DNA from: a bacterium
GTDB taxonomy: Bacteria > Chloroflexota > Anaerolineae > Epilineales > Epilineaceae
Length of the DNA stretch: 60,942 nt
Assembly: GCA_003576755.1 (NCBI GenBank)
Contig: QEVT01000003.1
Span: forward strand, 1 to 60,942
Direction: 5' to 3'
Shown in pieces: positions 57,398-60,942 of the stretch. Below the pieces are notes generated by a model. The model saw only the letters and a list, made by a program, of their open reading frames with translations, had not been told where the DNA came from and ran no database searches. Both the position numbers and the translations under genes were made by a program. Numbering within the stretch: the stretch's first letter is position 1; each line of letters begins with the position of its first letter.

Positions 57398-59641
57398 TCA
57401 CGAAACCCGGTCCGCAGCGGCGTCCAGGGTCTCGGCGATCGCCGTGCCGCGCTCGCGCAGCGCGCGCTCGATCGCCTGCCAGAGCGACCGCTCGGCGAGC
57501 GGCGCACGCTCGGCCGCGGGATCCAGCAGCGCCGACACCTCGGCGAGGTCGCGCAGGTCGTGGGATGCCGCCGCATCGAGGCCGGGCTCGGGGCTCCCTG
57601 GCGGGCTGGCAGGCCCTCGGCCGCCTGCCGTGCGATCCGCCTCGAGCTTCCGGTATGCCTCGATGCCTTGCCGGAGCCACGGGATGGCGGCCTGCTCGTC
57701 GCCGGTGGACGACAGCATGGCACCGAGGCCGAAGAGCGCCATCGCGCGTGCCGGGGTGGGCTCGGCGGAGGCCTCGCGCAGCGCGCGCTCGGCACGGGTC
57801 AGCCCCTCGGCGACGTGCGACCGATGCAGCCAGTGCCGCCAGAGGGCCGCGCACAGCCGCTGCCCGGACGCGGCGTCGCCGTCGCGGTCGGCACGGTCGA
57901 GCGCGGCGCGCAGGTTGTCGCGCTCGGCGTCGAGGCGCGCGACCCACGCGTCCTGCTCGGGGCCGGCGAGGCGGCTGGCGGCGACCTCGGCGAGGGCGAC
58001 GAAGTAGCGCCCGTGGCGCGCGCGGACGGCCGTGTGCTCGCCGGCGGCGATGCACCGGGCGCGGGCATACGCGCGCACGGTCTCGAGGAAGCGGTAGCGC
58101 CCGGTCTCGTCGGCGTCGACGTAGACGACGAGGCTCTTGTCGACCAGTCGGGCGAGGACGTCGAGCAGGTCGTCGTCGCCGAGGGGGTCGCCGGCGCAGA
58201 CGGCGTCCATGGCCTCGAGCGTCCAACCGCCGCGGAACACCGACAGGCGGCGAAAGAGCGCGGCTTCGCGGGGATCGAGCAGGTCGTGGCTCCAGTCGAG
58301 CGCCGCGGCCAGGGTCCGTTGGCGGCGGGCGGACGTGCGCCGGCCGGCGCCGGGCCGGTCGAACCGCGGGTGGAGGCGGGCGAGGATCTGCTCGGGCGGG
58401 AGGTGCGCGACGCGCGCGGCGGCCAGCTCGATGGCGAGCGGGATGCCGTCGAGCCGGCGGCAGATGTCGGCGACGGCGGCCGCGTTGACGGGGGTGAGCG
58501 CGAAGTCGGGCCGGACGGCGGCGGCGCGGTCGACGAACAGCCGCACGGCGGCGCGGCGGGCGACGATGCGCGGGTCGGCGGCCTCGGCGCCCGGGCGCGG
58601 CGCGGGGGGCACGTCGAGCGGCGGCACGGGCCACACGGTCTCGCCGCCGACGGCCAGGGGCTCGCGGCTGGTGGCCAGCATGACGGCGTGCGGGGCGGCG
58701 CGCAGGACGTCGGCGGCGACGGCGGCGGCGGCGTCGACGACGTGCTCGCAGTTGTCGAGGACGAGGAGCACACGCTGGCGGCGGACGTGGTCGACGAGCG
58801 TGGCGGCGGCGGGCCGGCCGGGCTGCTCGCGGATGCCGGCGGCGGCGGCGACGGTGGACGCGACGAGGCCGGGGTCGACGACGGGCGCGAGGTCGGCGAA
58901 CCAGACGCCGTCGGGGAAGGCGTCGAGCACCTCGGCGGCGGCCTGCAGGGCGAGCCGGGTCTTGCCGGCGCCGCCGATGCCGGTCAGCGTCAACAACCGG
59001 CTGGCGGCCAGCCGGGCCTTGACGGCGGCGAGCTCGCGGCGGCGGCCGACGAACGAGGTCGACTGCAGGGGCAGGTTGTTGGGCCGGCTGGTGAGCGTCC
59101 GCAACGGTGGGAACGCGGGGGGGAGGCCGTCGGCGGTGGCCTGGTAGATCCGTTCGGCGCGCAGGAGGTCTTTGAGGCGGTGCTCGCCGAGGTCGACGAG
59201 GGCGATGCCGGGCGGCAGGATGTCGCGGACGAGCTGTTCGGTGGCGTGGGAGAGGAGGACCTGCCCGCCGTGGCCGGCGGCGAGGACGCGGGCGACGCGG
59301 TTGAGGGGCAACCCGAAGTAGTCGCCGTCGCGCTGCTCGGCGGCGCCGGTGTGCAGGGCGATGCGGACGCGGACATCGGTCAGCCCGTCGTCGGCGGCGA
59401 GGGCGCGCTGGGCGGAGACGGCGGCGGCGAGGGCGTCGTGGGCCTGGCCGAAGGCGGCGTAGCACGCGTCGCCGACGGTCTTGAACAGGCACCCGCCTTG
59501 GGCGGCGACGGCGGACCGGATGATGGCTTCCTGCCGGGCGACGACGGTCATCATGGCGGCGCGGCCCTTCTCCCAGCGGGGGGTCGAGCCCTCGACGTCG
59601 GTGAAGAGGAACGTCACGGTGCCGCCGGGGAGATCAGGCAT
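57398..59641 (-). CDS. Class III adenylate cyclase + NB-ARC/STAND ATPase with short TPR tail (Rv0386-like architecture)
   Basis: LFTDVEGST, FKTVGDA, RIALHTG, GDYFG..LNRVAR; GIGGAGKT, VLDNCEH, LDGIPLAIELAAA. Confidence 0.88.
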   Translation of the reverse strand: MPDLPGGTVTFLFTDVEGSTPRWEKGRAAMMTVVARQEAIIRSAVAAQGGCLFKTVGDACYAAFGQAHDALAAAVSAQRALAADDGLTDVRVRIALHTGAAEQRDGDYFGLPLNRVARVLAAGHGGQVLLSHATEQLVRDILPPGIALVDLGEHRLKDLLRAERIYQATADGLPPAFPPLRTLTSRPNNLPLQSTSFVGRRRELAAVKARLAASRLLTLTGIGGAGKTRLALQAAAEVLDAFPDGVWFADLAPVVDPGLVASTVAAAAGIREQPGRPAAATLVDHVRRQRVLLVLDNCEHVVDAAAAVAADVLRAAPHAVMLATSREPLAVGGETVWPVPPLDVPPAPRPGAEAADPRIVARRAAVRLFVDRAAAVRPDFALTPVNAAAVADICRRLDGIPLAIELAAARVAHLPPEQILARLHPRFDRPGAGRRTSARRQRTLAAALDWSHDLLDPREAALFRRLSVFRGGWTLEAMDAVCAGDPLGDDDLLDVLARLVDKSLVVYVDADETGRYRFLETVRAYARARCIAAGEHTAVRARHGRYFVALAEVAASRLAGPEQDAWVARLDAERDNLRAALDRADRDGDAASGQRLCAALWRHWLHRSHVAEGLTRAERALREASAEPTPARAMALFGLGAMLSSTGDEQAAIPWLRQGIEAYRKLEADRTAGGRGPASPPGSPEPGLDAAASHDLRDLAEVSALLDPAAERAPLAERSLWQAIERALRERGTAIAETLDAAADRVS

Positions 59642-60942
59642 CGCCGTCCTCCAACGCGTACGCCACAGCCGCGTCGGCGTCCATCGCCCATCCCTCGGCA
59701 TGGGCGGCGTCGAACGCAGCGTCGCCGAGGGCGGCGCGCGTCGTCGCAATGGCACGGGCGTGGCGGCGGCCGCCAAGCTTGGTTTCGAACGTCAAGTCGA
59801 TGTTGTCGTAGAGCCGCTCCCCGGCGCCGATCAACCGCGCGGACCTCGCCCACTGGGCCCGTGCGGCGGCGAGCCACGCAAAGCGAGCGACCTGTTCAGG
59901 CAACCGATAGCGAATATTGTAAGCGACGCACACGGCGAGCGCTGTCCGATAGCGCATCTCGGCTTGGCTCAGCCTCCCGATCTCGAGGAGCACATCGCCG
60001 CTGTTGCCATTGCCGACGATCCGGGCCTGGGCGCTTTGAGACACTTCCTGGGCCGTTGCCGGGGAAGAGCCAGCATCGCACATCGCCAGGGCTTCGTCGT
60101 AGCATGCCTCCGCCGCTGTCCAATTGCCCCGCACCTCCGCGATGTACCCGAGGTTCTCGAGGGACAAGGCTTGATCGACGACGCTCGACACCTCGCGCTT
60201 GATCGCCAAGCTGGCCGAGAGATACGTTTCCGCTACATCGATGTCCTCTCGTTCAACGGACAAAATGCCGAGATCGTTGAGGCACCAAGCCTCGCCAAGG
60301 CGTTCGCCAATGGCTTGAAACGACTCGATCGCCATATGGTAGCGCGCATCGACAGCCGGATCCCGAAGATACAAGGAGATCAAGCTCAGGCCGTAGTGCG
60401 CGAAGCTCCGGGCACGCGGGTTGCTGTCGCCGTTCAACGCCAACGCGCGTTCGAGGTATCGGCGACCCGTCGAGAGCTGGCCGCCATCCAGCCAGTACCG
60501 CCACAGCCCCGCCCCCAACCGCACCGCGGTCGCCGCGTTCCCCGAATCGCACGCCCAGTCCACGGCCGCCCGGAGGTTCTCGTTGTCCGCCCGCATCCGC
60601 GCCAGCGCGCGCCCCGCATCCCCCTCGGGGTCGTCGCCGCCCGCGTCCTCGACCTCCCCGAGCGCCGCCACCCGCGTGACGAAGTGCGCCACATGCCGCT
60701 CGCGATACGCCTCGCGCTCGCCCGCCGCGATCAGCCGCTCGCGGGCGTACTCCCGCACCGTCTCGAGGAACCGGTACCGCGCCGCGCCTGACTGCTCCCC
60801 GGCGACGACGAGGCTCTTGTCGACCAGCCGCAGCAGCACGTCCACGACCTCCCAATCCTCCACCGGCTCCCCGCCGCACACCGCCTCCGCCGCCTCCAGC
60901 GTCCACCCCCCGCGGAACACCGCCAGCCGCCGGAACACCGCC
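59634..60942 (-). CDS. C-terminal part of a paralogous STAND (wHTH + TPR) protein; 5' end outside window
   Basis: FRRLAVFRGGWTLEA, LVDKSLV, RYRFLETVR shared with the downstream paralogue; TPRs; stop overlaps next start. Confidence 0.85.
   Translation of the reverse strand, partial: AVFRRLAVFRGGWTLEAAEAVCGGEPVEDWEVVDVLLRLVDKSLVVAGEQSGAARYRFLETVREYARERLIAAGEREAYRERHVAHFVTRVAALGEVEDAGGDDPEGDAGRALARMRADNENLRAAVDWACDSGNAATAVRLGAGLWRYWLDGGQLSTGRRYLERALALNGDSNPRARSFAHYGLSLISLYLRDPAVDARYHMAIESFQAIGERLGEAWCLNDLGILSVEREDIDVAETYLSASLAIKREVSSVVDQALSLENLGYIAEVRGNWTAAEACYDEALAMCDAGSSPATAQEVSQSAQARIVGNGNSGDVLLEIGRLSQAEMRYRTALAVCVAYNIRYRLPEQVARFAWLAAARAQWARSARLIGAGERLYDNIDLTFETKLGGRRHARAIATTRAALGDAAFDAAHAEGWAMDADAAVAYALEDGDA

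Noticed and set aside
1122-60202. Very long alternative-frame/antisense ORFs (e.g. 1122-4322, 14604-19211, 37562-42157, 54058-58488, 57122-60202)
   Set aside because: Arg/Gly/Ala-rich shadows of recognisable genes, expected from stop-codon scarcity at high GC; no motifs

Overview
High-GC bacterial chromosomal segment, most likely Chloroflexota (inferred from the recurrent 'YLP'-type peptide tags, P/T-rich linkers, PBP1C/alpha-2-macroglobulin pair and STAND-TPR proteins; the 16S fragment would settle it). It opens with the 3' end of a 16S rRNA gene that is followed by initiator tRNA-Met and coaX-coaBC, with no 23S. Housekeeping content: etfBA, pth, a GT4 plus two epimerases, rplU-rpmA-rpmE, thyX, dcd, a second coaX, hemW, two tRNA-Ser genes and a thiamine salvage/ECF cluster. 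Interspersed accessory loci: (i) a four-gene operon of coiled-coil protein, membrane-anchored longin-like/SH3 protein, Rab-like small GTPase and orphan histidine kinase (best candidate for an uncharacterised signalling system); (ii) seven secreted proteins sharing a short (Y/F/H/C)LP motif that looks like a non-sortase surface-docking tag; (iii) several apparently inactivated surface enzymes (subtilase without its triad, GH18-like without its catalytic Glu, alpha-2-macroglobulin without the thioester motif); (iv) a STAND-TPR-TM / STAND-wHTH gene pair preceded by 11-bp-phased GTCAG repeats; (v) tandem cyclase/NB-ARC/TPR genes with a low-GC TPR segment; (vi) a 37-bp inverted-repeat element overlapping the coaX start and a candidate ~175-nt structured ncRNA. 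All domain calls are from motif recognition by eye; no searches were run.
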